A DNA stretch of 64,000 nucleotides from Ostreococcus lucimarinus (taxonomy: Eukaryota), in NCBI GenBank assembly GCA_000092065.1, contig CP000596.1; one strand, written 5' to 3'. A program made the position numbers and the translations under genes. This document shows, in pieces, positions 29,988 through 39,590 of this stretch (positions are counted from its first letter, which is position 1; each line of letters opens with the position of its first letter). The notes under the pieces were generated by a model, which saw nothing but the letters and a program-made list of their open reading frames with translations, was not told where the DNA came from and made no database searches.

Positions 29988-30962
29988 ATGGCGCGATGCG
30001 CCACACGGCGACGAATGGCGTCGCACCGAGACGTCGTGCGCGACGCGTACGCGCGCACCGCCCTGAGCGCGGGGCGCGAGGGATGCTGCGTCACCCCGCT
30101 CGACGCGCGCGTGAAGATCGGGTACACGCGCGACGAGCTGGCGCTCGCGGGAGGCGCGAATCTGGGCGTCGGATGCGGCGCGCCGCATCAGTTCGCCGAG
30201 CTGCAGGCGGGCGAGGCCGTGTGCGATCTGGGGTGCGGTGCGGGCGTGGACGTCGTGCTCGCGGCGCTGAGCGTCGGCGAGCGCGGCGTCGTCGTCGGGG
30301 TGGACATGACGCCGGAGATGTTGCGCGAGGCGCGAGCGCGCGCGGCGGAGGCGAGCGAACGCGCGAACGCCGACGGCCGCGAATGCGCGCGCGCGGAGTT
30401 TCGGTTGGGGGAGCTGGAGCGTTTGCCGTGTCGAGACGGCGAGTTCGACGTCGTGATGTCGAACTGCGTGATTAATTTGTGCGAGGATAAGCGCGCGGCG
30501 CTCGCGGAGGCGTTTCGAGCGTTGAAGCCGGGAGGACGGTTGTGCGTGGCGGACGTGGTGAGTCGAGGAAACGCGCTGCCAGAGGCGCTGAAGACGAACG
30601 AGGCGCTGGCGTGCTGAGTGTCGGGCGCGCACGAGCAGGACATTTTGCGGGATATGCTGCGAGACGTCGGTTTCGTGCGGGCCGAGATTCGCGTGAAGGA
30701 AGAGTCGCGCGAATACATCAAGCACTGGATGCCGGGTTCGGGGGCGGAAGATTACGTCGTCGCGGCGGAGGTGGTGGCGCATAAGCCAGGGACGCTGACG
30801 AGCGTCGTCCAGGGCGCGTGCAAGCGCGTGGGTGAATTGCTGTACGCCGCGTGGTTGGCGCAAGCGCGTCATCACGCCGCGCACACCGACCACTCCCAGG
30901 ACGACGACGAGCCCGAATGCTGCGCGCCGGGTCCGGCGAAAAAGCCGCTTCCCAAGTGCTGA
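29988..30962 (+). CDS. Arsenite S-adenosylmethionine methyltransferase (ArsM / AS3MT-like) with an in-frame TGA at 30615..30617; candidate selenoprotein.
   Basis: DVVRDAYARTALSAGREGCCV, GVGCGAP, VLDLGCGAGVDV, MSNCVINLCEDKRAALAEAFRALKPGGRLCVADVVSRG..PEAL align to bacterial ArsM ([78 protein letters not shown]). The ORF track splits the gene at a TGA (ORFs 29406..30617 and 30618..30962), but both pieces are in the same frame and the downstream piece (VSGAHEQDILRDMLRDVGF...) continues the ArsM alignment (LAGALDEADYVAKLAAAGF). The TGA sits beside or at the conserved catalytic Cys (..ALAC-TGA-VSGA vs ..WVGCLAGA). Confidence 0.7.
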
Positions 30963-31041
30963 CGATAATGCACCCCTTCGCGCGCGTCGCGAAGGGGTGA
31001 AACGGCTTCTGAAGGCCCTCTCGGACGATTTGGAGATTTTC

Positions 31042-31091
31042 GTGACGAAGCGACGGGTGAAACGGTTTCGCGCCGGCCGTCGCTTCCGACT
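31042..31091 (+). promoter_or_regulatory. Candidate SECIS element (form-2-like) in the 3' UTR of the ArsM-like gene.
   Basis: cgUGAc GAAGCGACGG gugAAAcgguuucgcgccgg CCGUCGCUUC cGAc. UGA on the 5' side and GA on the 3' side flank a perfect 10-bp helix. An unpaired AAA lies in the internal loop, followed by a 3-bp mini-stem (cgg/ccg). The element lies about 80 nt downstream of the stop codon at 30960..30962. Confidence 0.5.
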
Positions 31092-31187
31092 TTTTTCCAT
31101 CGCGAGAACGGTCGCTCAAAGGCTATGCCATCGTTCTAAATGGTGTTACAACATTGTAAGAATGTCTCAGAATTTTTTCAGATTTTT

Positions 31188-32177
31188 TCACGCGGGCGAG
31201 ATCACGTTAATCGGCTCACCTCTGAGAAACGCCTCCACGTTCGCCGCCACCATGTCCACGAGGCGTTGTCTCGTCTCCACGCGCTTCCACCCTATGTGTG
31301 GGGTCAAGTACACGTTCTCCAGCGTGTACAACGGCGAATCGTCGGACGGGGGCTCGTTTTCTTGCACGTCGAGCATCGCGCCGGCGATTCGCTTCTCTCT
31401 CAGCGCGACTATTAAATCTCTCTCGTTGACTACGGCGCCTCGCGCCGTGTTGATCAACCGCGCCGTCGGCTTCATCATCGCGAGCGCGTCCGCATCTATC
31501 ATCCCGCGCGTTTCCTCCGTCAGCGGACAGTGCACGCTCACAAAATCCGACGTCCTGAGCAGCGTCTCCAGGCTCACCGCCTCCCACAACCCCTCCTCGT
31601 CGCGCGCGCTCCTCGAGTGACACGTCGCCCGCATCCCGAGCGCTCGACACGCCCTCGCCACCGCCCTCCCGATCGATCCCGTCCCGCCGATCAGCCCGAT
31701 CGTCTTCCCTCGCAGCTCGAACATCGTCGGAAACGTCGTCAACCCACTGAAATCGCGGTTAAAATCTCGCCGATCCCCCTTCCGCAGCGCCGCGTGTCGT
31801 TCGCACAGCCCCACCGCGGCCGCGCTCGCGTACGCGACGACCAACGCCGCCACGCCGTCGGTCGAGTACTCCGGCGCGTTGCACACCGCGATCCCGCGCC
31901 TCGCCGCGGCGGTCGCGTCGATGTTATCCGTCCCCGTGCCCGCCTCCGCGATCAATCGCACGCTCTTCGGCAAGCGCTCGACGTCCACTTTAATCTCCTT
32001 CGTCACCAGCACCACCGCGCCGTGCTCTTCGCATCGCGTCGCGATCGTCGCGGCGTCGCAGTCGCAGTCGTCGTATCGACGCGCGTCGCCCACGCGCTCG
32101 AGCGAAGTCCAGTCGAGCGCGTCGTCGAAGTCCACGCGCGAAGCGTTGACGACGACGATCGTCGCGCGCGAATCCAT
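31188..32177 (-). CDS. D-isomer-specific 2-hydroxyacid dehydrogenase (glyoxylate/hydroxypyruvate reductase or phosphoglycerate dehydrogenase family).
   Basis: NAD-binding GLIGGTGSIGRAVA and catalytic-region INTARGAVVNERDLIVAL...TPHIG are characteristic of the 2-Hacid_dh family. Confidence 0.85.
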   Translation of the reverse strand: MDSRATIVVVNASRVDFDDALDWTSLERVGDARRYDDCDCDAATIATRCEEHGAVVLVTKEIKVDVERLPKSVRLIAEAGTGTDNIDATAAARRGIAVCNAPEYSTDGVAALVVAYASAAAVGLCERHAALRKGDRRDFNRDFSGLTTFPTMFELRGKTIGLIGGTGSIGRAVARACRALGMRATCHSRSARDEEGLWEAVSLETLLRTSDFVSVHCPLTEETRGMIDADALAMMKPTARLINTARGAVVNERDLIVALREKRIAGAMLDVQENEPPSDDSPLYTLENVYLTPHIGWKRVETRQRLVDMVAANVEAFLRGEPINVISPA

Positions 32178-32194
32178 GGCGCGCGCGGCAAATA

Positions 32195-33586
32195 ATGACG
32201 ACGGCGGATCGCGGCGCGACGACGATGCCGCGGTCGATCGCGCGCGAGCGCGAGGCGTTCGCGCGATGGCGCGACGCGCACGCGACGCGCGCGACGTCGC
32301 CGACGCGCGAGCGACGCGACGGGAGGTTCGAACGCGCGGCGGATTACCTCGCGCACTACCTGAAGCGGTCGAGGCGACGCGCGAGCGAGGACTACGAGGC
32401 GTACTGCCTGTGCATGTGCGAGCGCGCGAGGGACGAGAGAGACGCGGAGGAGGAGTTTTATTACTACGGCGAACTCGTGCGGGCGGGCGCGCGAGGGGCG
32501 CGGCGGGCGGGGCGACGGGGCGAGGGCGAACGCGAGCGAGGCGGCGCGCGAGAGCTCGTCGATTTACGGTTGAGACGGGTGATGGATTTAGGTTTCGCGT
32601 TGGAGGGGACGGACGCGAGCGCGGGAGCGCGGATGCACTTGGTGGCGAGCGAGTATTACGCGTGGTTTCGCGAGGATTGCTCGGAGGCGGCGCTCGAACA
32701 CGCGGGACTGGCGCTGCGATTGGCGAAGGCGTCGGCGGACGGCGCGGCGGCGGTCGAGCAACAGATCGACGCGCTCAGGGTGATGAAGAGCACGCAGGCT
32801 CGGGAGGGGAACATGTACGAAGCCGTGGCGCTGGGAGCGCGTTTCGTCGCGCTGGCGCGAAGCGCGTACCACGCCGAGGATGGCGACGAGCGAACGGTGG
32901 ACGACACCGTGCGCTTCGTCAAGCGACTGTTCGAGCACGCGATGATGCTTCGCGGATGGCGCGAGCGACCGGCGAGACCGTTGACGGCGCCCGAGTTAGA
33001 GCGATATGCCGCCGATATCCTCAAAGAGGCGAAATCCGCGCTCGAGGAGGCACCGGCTCACGCGTCCAAGGATTGGCGCAGTCACGCCGGCGCGCGCAAG
33101 CTGTACGTCGCCGTGCTGTGTCACCTCGCAGACTTGTGCGAAAATCACCTCGATTCGAGCCACGTCATCGTCGAAGACGACGACATCGAGGCGTTTTCGC
33201 ACAAGAGCCATCGTCTGCACCGCGCGCTCGCCGTCGGCTACCGAACCCTCGCGAGCACCGTCGCGCCGCGCTTATTCGAGCGTCCGTGCTGCTTCTGCGG
33301 TCTTCCCCTCGTCAAGAGTGGTACATGCATTCTCGACGACGCCTTCGACTCCGACCGCGACGCCGTCGCCCTCGTTACCCTCGCGTGCGACGCGCGCGAG
33401 CCGCACCACTTCCACGTTCGATGTCGTCTCGCCGCCGTCGACGCCGACGAGGCCCACGCGGACCGTTCGTTGGAGCGCGGTTTACCCTGTCGTTTCTGCG
33501 TCCACGGCGACGACGCGAGCGACGAAGACGAAGACGAAGACGAAGACGAAGACGAAGCGAGCGACGACGACGCGCGCTCGCCGTAG
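32195..33586 (+). CDS. Hypothetical protein with a C-terminal RING-variant / zinc-finger-like Cys-His cluster and an acidic tail.
   Basis: PCCFCGLPL..(x18)..LACDAREPHHFHVRCRL..(x22)..LPCRFC fits a C4HC3-like arrangement. Its ATG lies 18 bp from the divergent 2-hydroxyacid dehydrogenase ATG. Confidence 0.45.
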   Translation: MTTADRGATTMPRSIAREREAFARWRDAHATRATSPTRERRDGRFERAADYLAHYLKRSRRRASEDYEAYCLCMCERARDERDAEEEFYYYGELVRAGARGARRAGRRGEGERERGGARELVDLRLRRVMDLGFALEGTDASAGARMHLVASEYYAWFREDCSEAALEHAGLALRLAKASADGAAAVEQQIDALRVMKSTQAREGNMYEAVALGARFVALARSAYHAEDGDERTVDDTVRFVKRLFEHAMMLRGWRERPARPLTAPELERYAADILKEAKSALEEAPAHASKDWRSHAGARKLYVAVLCHLADLCENHLDSSHVIVEDDDIEAFSHKSHRLHRALAVGYRTLASTVAPRLFERPCCFCGLPLVKSGTCILDDAFDSDRDAVALVTLACDAREPHHFHVRCRLAAVDADEAHADRSLERGLPCRFCVHGDDASDEDEDEDEDEDEASDDDARSP

Positions 33587-33759
33587 ATTAGATAGCGCAT
33601 AGCACGTAGCGGACGCCGCGGCGGGGCCTGAAAAAAATATTCACATCTCAAATCTCGCCACGCGTCAAATCCGCGGAAAAGCGCCGTCGTCGACGCGAGA
33701 TCGCGATCTTAAATAGAGTTTCATGGCCTTCGACGCGCACTGAATACGTAAACAGCGAT

Positions 33760-34100
33760 CGACCGCGCTGACGCGGAATCGCGTCAGCGCGGTCGATCGA
33801 CGCGGACGCGACGCGCCGCACGACGCGACGCGCGAACGTGCGCGCGGTCGACGGCGGTGAAGGCGCGAGCGCGTAAATACGCGGACGCGGCGCGCGGACG
33901 CGGAGACGCGAATCGCGGAGAAGCGACGCGCGCGGACGCGAATCGTGAAGGACAATCACCCCCGCGTCGCGAACGAGACGGATTCGATTGACGCGGACTG
34001 TCGCCGACGCGACGACGGGCGACGCGCGGGAGACGCGGGAAACGAAGGGCGGAAATAGTGCGAATTTTGGACGCGGGTGAGGGCGAAAAGACGCGGGACG
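33760..34100. promoter_or_regulatory. Dense array of about 15 GACGCG / CGCG-box-like hexamers, plus two E2F-like GCGGGAAA / GGCGGAAA sites, upstream of the START-domain gene.
   Basis: Counted directly: gacgcg recurs about every 15-25 bp over roughly 340 bp. gacgcgggaaacgaagggcggaaat lies about 60 bp upstream of the ATG at 34104. Confidence 0.3.
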
Positions 34101-34103
34101 ACG

Positions 34104-35645
34104 ATGTCGAACGGGTTCGGCTTCGGCTTCGCCCCGAGCGGGGCGGCGACGGCGACGCCCGCGGCGCGCGAGGAACGCGGACGAGGGGCGAATGATCTGA
34201 GCGCGATGTTTGAATTGGCGGCGGGAATGCCGTTTCCGAGTAAGGAACACGTTGGGGAATCGCTCAAGGCGCTGGGGGAGGTGTGGCCGATGGTGTTCGC
34301 GAGCCTCGTGGCGGCGTTTTACGTGCTGTGGCACCCTCGATTCGGGGCGCTCGCGCGAGGGTTTCGGATGCAGATGCTGACGAGTTCGTGGCCGGGGGCG
34401 CGGTGGACGTGGATGGCGGTGAGTTCGGTGGTGACGACGCGATCGATAGTGATTTGGTTGGCGCACCGGAACGTGGTGGTGAGGAGAATCGTGGAAGTCA
34501 CCGGTCTCGCCGTGGCCCTGGACGCGAGGAGAGGTCGAAGACAATCGAGGAATAAGGAGCACTCGTCTAAGCGGTGTCACCAAGATAAGTACTCCGATGT
34601 CGGACACGAGCCGACGACTTTCGCGAGCGGAGTTACGGACGTGGTGCAAAGGATCGATTACGAGCGATTCAAAGCGCGCATAGGGTGCCTTCCGGCGGGC
34701 GTGCCTCGCGAAGACACGGGCGAGTGGCAGCTGATGATGGATCGTACTGAGGAAACGAATAATTGTCACTACAAGGCTTGGAGACACATTCTGCCGTACG
34801 GTGGCACGGAATATCTCTCGGTAAGCTTGTTCGAGAACGCCACGGCGGAGGAGATTTGTGACTTTTACAACTCTGACGTGACTCGTGAAAAATGGGACGG
34901 GTTGCTTCTGAAGCAACATTGCATCGACAAGGATCCGCGAACGGGCGCGGAGGTCTTATTCTGGGAGCGTCAGCTTCCAGTCATTAGCAATCGCGATTAC
35001 GTCTTTAGTCGACGTACGTGGAAGGATGGCGAGTGTTACTTCACCATCACAAAGGGCTTGCATCACCCGAGTCAACCAGAGAATCCGAAAGTGATTCGGG
35101 TCGATCCGTACTTTAGCGCTTGGCGCATGCGCACGATTCCGGGGAAAGTCCCCGGCACGTTCGCGGCTGAGTGCGTGTTGCTGCACTTTGAGGAACAAAA
35201 AGTGCAGCAAGACGTGGCGCGCATGGCGGTGAGACATGGAATGTGGGGCGTGGTGAAAAACCTGTGCTCGGGATTCCGTGACTTCCAAGACACGCGTAAT
35301 CAAGAAGAAGCGACGCAAGACGCTGGTGGCGTGAGTCTTAGACGCCCAGACGACTTGAGTAAGGAAATGAGAGGTTTCCGCACACGCATGAAGAAGACGA
35401 TTGGTTTCGCGCTACCCGTCCTCTTGGGCGTTTTGATCGCCCAGCAAGGCACTGGCAACCTCTTCGACGTCTTCACACATGCAAAACGTGGCTTAGTGGT
35501 GGTTCAATCCGCCCATCGGCGACGACGCACGCTCAAGGCTCTTCAAACAGCCGGCGTGGTCGCCGCCGCCGCAGTGGCCGAACGCGTCGGCGAACGAGCG
35601 GCGGAAGACTCGGCCGGGGAAGACTTCTCGGTTGAGCAAGTTTAG
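34104..35645 (+). CDS. START-domain (StAR-related lipid-transfer, PCTP-like) protein with an N-terminal membrane anchor.
   Basis: DYVFSRRTWKDGECYFTITKGLHHPSQPENPKVIRVDPYFSAWRMRTIPG matches the START/PCTP core. The N-terminal hydrophobic segment is WPMVFASLVAAFYVLW. Confidence 0.7.
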   Translation: MSNGFGFGFAPSGAATATPAAREERGRGANDLSAMFELAAGMPFPSKEHVGESLKALGEVWPMVFASLVAAFYVLWHPRFGALARGFRMQMLTSSWPGARWTWMAVSSVVTTRSIVIWLAHRNVVVRRIVEVTGLAVALDARRGRRQSRNKEHSSKRCHQDKYSDVGHEPTTFASGVTDVVQRIDYERFKARIGCLPAGVPREDTGEWQLMMDRTEETNNCHYKAWRHILPYGGTEYLSVSLFENATAEEICDFYNSDVTREKWDGLLLKQHCIDKDPRTGAEVLFWERQLPVISNRDYVFSRRTWKDGECYFTITKGLHHPSQPENPKVIRVDPYFSAWRMRTIPGKVPGTFAAECVLLHFEEQKVQQDVARMAVRHGMWGVVKNLCSGFRDFQDTRNQEEATQDAGGVSLRRPDDLSKEMRGFRTRMKKTIGFALPVLLGVLIAQQGTGNLFDVFTHAKRGLVVVQSAHRRRRTLKALQTAGVVAAAAVAERVGERAAEDSAGEDFSVEQV

Positions 35646-35772
35646 ACAATCTTATGACGTCGTAGCACATTCACGCACGCTATTTCACGCACATATCGCG
35701 ATGTCATGTACCAATAGCGCTTCCGTATTGAATACAAGAATTACACTCTCGTTGCACTCCTATTTGTTGTAG

Positions 35773-36663
35773 CTAAACGTCGCACTTGCGCTCGACGATT
35801 TCTATGAGCTCGCACAATTCAGAATCGTCTTCACCATCCGTTCGACGCTCGCGAGCCATTCCTTCCAACACGTTCAACAACCTGGGCGCCGTCGTGAACA
35901 CGTCTTCGTTTTCTTCATCCCCCCCCAGATCCTCTCCGTCCGCCGGCGGCGTCAACGCGTCCTCCACCGCCGCCGCGCGCTCCGCGCCTCGCGGTATCGT
36001 CAGCAACACCTCCGCTATCCTCCGCTCCGGCGCTACAGATTTCAAACTCTCGAACTCTTTCGCCCCGATCTTCGCCCGTCCCGCGATTTCCGTGATCGCA
36101 TTCCTTCGAGACGTCTCGTTTAACGCCGACTGCTTCGCCGCGTTCGACTCCCCCGTCGTCGCGAGCGCGCTCGCCATCGCCCCCCACCGTCGTCGCAATT
36201 CCTCGCCCTGCGCCGTCGTCAGCCCAGTCTCCGTCGTCGTTTCGTCCAGCATCGCTCCCGGAAGCGCGATCGCGGCGTTCGCGATGATCTCATCCATCGC
36301 GTACTCGGCGCGCGCCGCCGCCGCCGCGCACGTCTCGTCCAGCGCCCGCGCCTCGGCCGCTCTCCCCCCCCGCTCCAACGCGCGCACGCGCGCCTCCGCG
36401 ACGTCGAAGAACGTCACCGTGAGTCCATCGCGTCGCGCGCGCACCAGATCGTCGAACGCGCCGTCGCCCGCGTCCCGCGCGCGCGCGAGTTCGTCCAACA
36501 GCGTCGTCGCCGCCGTCGCGTCGTCGTCGTCGTCGTCGTCGCGTCGCGGCGCCGTCGCTCGACGCCGCGTCGACGCCGTCGCCGGCGCGCGCCTCGATCG
36601 CGCGCGTCGAGCGCTCGACGCATCGCCGCGCCTCGCGACGGCGTCGAGACGGGCGACGCGCAT
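35773..36663 (-). CDS. Hypothetical acidic protein; no family recognised.
   Basis: ORF with a poly-Asp stretch and an ordered-looking C-terminal half. Coding status inferred only from its length and compact placement between neighbouring genes. Confidence 0.4.
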   Translation of the reverse strand: MRVARLDAVARRGDASSARRARSRRAPATASTRRRATAPRRDDDDDDDATAATTLLDELARARDAGDGAFDDLVRARRDGLTVTFFDVAEARVRALERGGRAAEARALDETCAAAAARAEYAMDEIIANAAIALPGAMLDETTTETGLTTAQGEELRRRWGAMASALATTGESNAAKQSALNETSRRNAITEIAGRAKIGAKEFESLKSVAPERRIAEVLLTIPRGAERAAAVEDALTPPADGEDLGGDEENEDVFTTAPRLLNVLEGMARERRTDGEDDSELCELIEIVERKCDV

Positions 36664-36689
36664 CGCCGCGTCGAGTGCCGGCGAACGCC

Positions 36690-36800
36690 CGTGGCGTGGG
36701 AAACCTTCGATGCGTTCGATTCGTTCGATCGATCGATCGAATCGAACGAACGAACGAATCGAATCGATCCAATGAATCGCTCGAATCGCTCGAATCGAAC
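36690..36800. repeat. CGAA / GAACGA-rich simple-sequence tract in a divergent promoter.
   Basis: cgttcgattcgttcgatcgatcgatcgaatcgaacgaacgaacgaatcgaatcgatcc... Similar CGA-rich tracts occur at 46780..46850 and 60880..60920. Confidence 0.6.
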
Positions 36801-37042
36801 ACTACCTATATCTTTATACGTACACATGACACATACTGTACACCACCTTAATACCAACAAACCATCTCGCGAGAACACCCCGCGCGCTTTTTCGCACCGC
36901 GGAACCCTTTTCACTAAGACGACGATACACGCGCGTCTCATGGCGTTCGCGCGCGTCTCAATACGCGACGCGCGCATTGAGACGCGGACGCGCGTCGACC
37001 GCGAACGCGACCGCAGACGGCGCCGCGGCGCGCGCGCGCGCG

Positions 37043-39007
37043 ATGGCGCGACGGAAACCGCGCGACGACGACGACGACGACGACGCGAAGACCGCGAGCG
37101 ACGACGACGACGCGCGTCGCGATGGGATCACGCGGGCGCGGGTGACGACGCGCGACGACGAAAGGGCGAGGGGGCGAGACGAGCGCGAAAAGACGCGCGG
37201 GACGTCGGCGACGGGACGCGGCGACGGGAGCGCGACGACGAGCGCGAAGAGCTCGGAGGCGGAGGAGATGGACATCGTGCGAGAGATGATCGATATATCG
37301 GTGGGCGAGGCGCGAGGGCGCGGGAAGGGGGGCGGGACGCGAGGGGACGCGCGCGCGGAGAAGGCGACGACGCGGTCGGGGACGGCGCGGGCGCGGGAGA
37401 TGGCGAAAGCGGCGGCGGAGACGACGGGGGGGGGTAAGGAGACGTCGGCGATGGGGAATTCGAGCTCGGGGAGCGATGATAATAACGCGACGGCGACGAC
37501 GACGCGGTTGGGCGAGGGGAAGTACGCGCTCGGAGGACACCGCGCGTTTTCGCCCGCGTTATCGTCCCCGCGCAGGATGAATTCCGTGCTGAAAGGGTCA
37601 CCGAGAAACGCAGAAAAGGTGCGGACGTTGCTCAGCCGCCGTACCGGGAAGGATCTCGCGCAAGGAGGCGGAGGGTTTGATTTTAGCGCGTCGCCGCTCA
37701 AGCGAAGCGAGTCGAGCGTGGACATGGCGATGAGCGACGTGAGCGACGGTAGCGAAGCGTCGGCGACGACGGTTGCGGGTCATTCCGAGCATCAACGCGC
37801 GAATTATCTCAGAGGAACGGCCAGCGCTTTGGATTTACGAGAGTTGACGAGACAGCAACCCGAAGTCGCGCCGCTGCAGTTGTCGCACATCGGAGGTCAG
37901 GAGCGCGCCAAGCAGAGAGAAAAGCCGAAGACGCGAGAGGAACAGCGCGGAAACTTGGGTAGCGAATTTGTCGAGGCTGAGTACGCAGAAGGTGTTCCAG
38001 ACTCAGGAATGATGAAAAACGCGACGTTCAGAGACTTCATCATCCTTCGCGAGCTCGGGCGTGGATTGTGCGGCACCGTGTACTTGGCCAAGTATCGCTT
38101 CACCGATCAACTCGTGGCGTTCAAGGTTATGCGAAAGCAAAAGCTCATTGACGTTGGAGAGATTCGACACGCCGTTCGCGAGCGCGAGGTGCACGCGACG
38201 ATAAATCAAGGCCCGTTCATCGATAAGCTTTTGCATGCGTACCAGGACAAATGGGCGTTGTATTTAGTGCTCGAGTACGCCCCGTGTGGAGACTTGTTTC
38301 AGGCGATGAATTATCACGGTTTGCCCACGCTGCAGGACGCTAAGATGTACACCACCCAATGTGCGCTGGCGCTCGATTATATTCACAGATGCGGGTACGT
38401 TTATCGAGATTTGAAGCCAGAGAATATTCTGTTGGACGTCAACGGGAGCGTGCGACTCGCTGATTTTGGCATGGCAAAGAAGTTGGACGACGGCGAACGC
38501 GCGTTTACAATTTGCGGTACGGCGCAGTACATGTCGCCAGAAGTACTGACGCACCGAGGCTGTCGATTTGAAGCCGACATATGGGCGCTGGGGGTTTTGA
38601 TTTACGAGTTATGCAGCGGCGGAACGCCATTCGGCGCGGACAAAGACTCTCGCCAGGAGCTCTATCGTCGATTGATGCATCACCGTAACGAAAGCATGAC
38701 ATTTCCGCCCTGGTTCGACGCCGATACGTGTTCCATCGTCAAGTCTTTCCTACACGAAGACGAAACGCAACGCTTAGGTTATGGTGGCGCTTTCTCGCTC
38801 ATCTTTGACCATCCTTGGTTCGCGCCCACGCGAGCCATGGACGTCTTGAGCGGGGCGCGCGCACCTTTGCTTCAGCCTCGTCGTCGTAACATCGTGTACG
38901 ATATGAAGCTTCGCGAATGCATCACTCAAGGCGAAATTCCATGGGAGTGCGGTTCTGTCGTCACCGACCCAGCCCACTGCGAAATCTACCGCACGTTTGG
39001 CGCGTGA
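37043..39007 (+). CDS. AGC-family Ser/Thr protein kinase (PKA/PKG-like catalytic domain) with a long low-complexity N-terminal region.
   Basis: GRGLCGTVY, AFKVMRK, YRDLKPENILLD, DFGMAKK, GTAQYMSPE, and a C-terminal AGC-type extension. First ATG taken at 37043; the ORF track begins with a TTG at 36977. Confidence 0.85.
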   Translation: MARRKPRDDDDDDDAKTASDDDDARRDGITRARVTTRDDERARGRDEREKTRGTSATGRGDGSATTSAKSSEAEEMDIVREMIDISVGEARGRGKGGGTRGDARAEKATTRSGTARAREMAKAAAETTGGGKETSAMGNSSSGSDDNNATATTTRLGEGKYALGGHRAFSPALSSPRRMNSVLKGSPRNAEKVRTLLSRRTGKDLAQGGGGFDFSASPLKRSESSVDMAMSDVSDGSEASATTVAGHSEHQRANYLRGTASALDLRELTRQQPEVAPLQLSHIGGQERAKQREKPKTREEQRGNLGSEFVEAEYAEGVPDSGMMKNATFRDFIILRELGRGLCGTVYLAKYRFTDQLVAFKVMRKQKLIDVGEIRHAVREREVHATINQGPFIDKLLHAYQDKWALYLVLEYAPCGDLFQAMNYHGLPTLQDAKMYTTQCALALDYIHRCGYVYRDLKPENILLDVNGSVRLADFGMAKKLDDGERAFTICGTAQYMSPEVLTHRGCRFEADIWALGVLIYELCSGGTPFGADKDSRQELYRRLMHHRNESMTFPPWFDADTCSIVKSFLHEDETQRLGYGGAFSLIFDHPWFAPTRAMDVLSGARAPLLQPRRRNIVYDMKLRECITQGEIPWECGSVVTDPAHCEIYRTFGA

Positions 39008-39590
39008 AGCGCGCCTTTATTCTTTCATTTTTCCCGCCGCATCAGCGTGCGGCACGAGCGAAACCACTACAGACGACGACGACGACACGTCTCGTCAATT
39101 TTCAACATTGATTCGATTTTTTCAACGTCTGCTGCGATGCATCACGCAGCAGACGTCCCACGACGAAGATGAAGACTACGGCGCTTCGCGTTCGCCGCTT
39201 CGTCCCGCCGCGCGGCGCGGCGTTAGACGCCCGCCCATTTTTGTATAGAATGTCAAACGCATTGTGCCACGCGTCGCGCCGTCGCGCATCGCCTTTCGTT
39301 CTCGCCCGTTTCCCTCGTCGTCGCTCGTCGTTCGCGCGCTCGACGCCGCGCGCGTCGTCGTCGAGCTCGAATCGTCCAATCGTCGCCGATCCGCGGCGAC
39401 CGCGTCCAGCGCTCGATCACGCGCGCGCGCGAGAAACCTCCGCGCGCGCGATCGATCGCGGCGTCGTGTGGGCAAACAGTTCGAGCGCGGCGACCGACCG
39501 GAAGATTTGACCGTTCGAAAAAAAACTCGCAGGCCCCGTGGCGCTGACGTCGCCGCGCGCGCGCGGCGACGTCAAACCCGCGCGCGCGCC

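Noticed and set aside
30615-30617. The possibility that the TGA splitting the ArsM-like gene marks an intron, a pseudogene or a frameshift.
   Set aside because: Sequence on both sides is in the same frame and continues the ArsM alignment with no loss of conserved blocks, so no intron is needed. A SECIS-like hairpin sits in the 3' UTR. A sequencing error cannot be excluded from sequence alone, which is why the call is labelled a candidate.
29835-31100. 421-aa ORF on the minus strand, antisense to the ArsM-like gene; similar long antisense ORFs at 33648..34919, 36958..37725, 42934..43719, 57115..57993 and 61128..62141.
   Set aside because: They are Arg/Ala/Gly-rich, low-complexity translations. 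Such ORFs are typical of stop-codon-poor GC-rich DNA, and each lies opposite a gene with clear homology, so no independent coding evidence exists.
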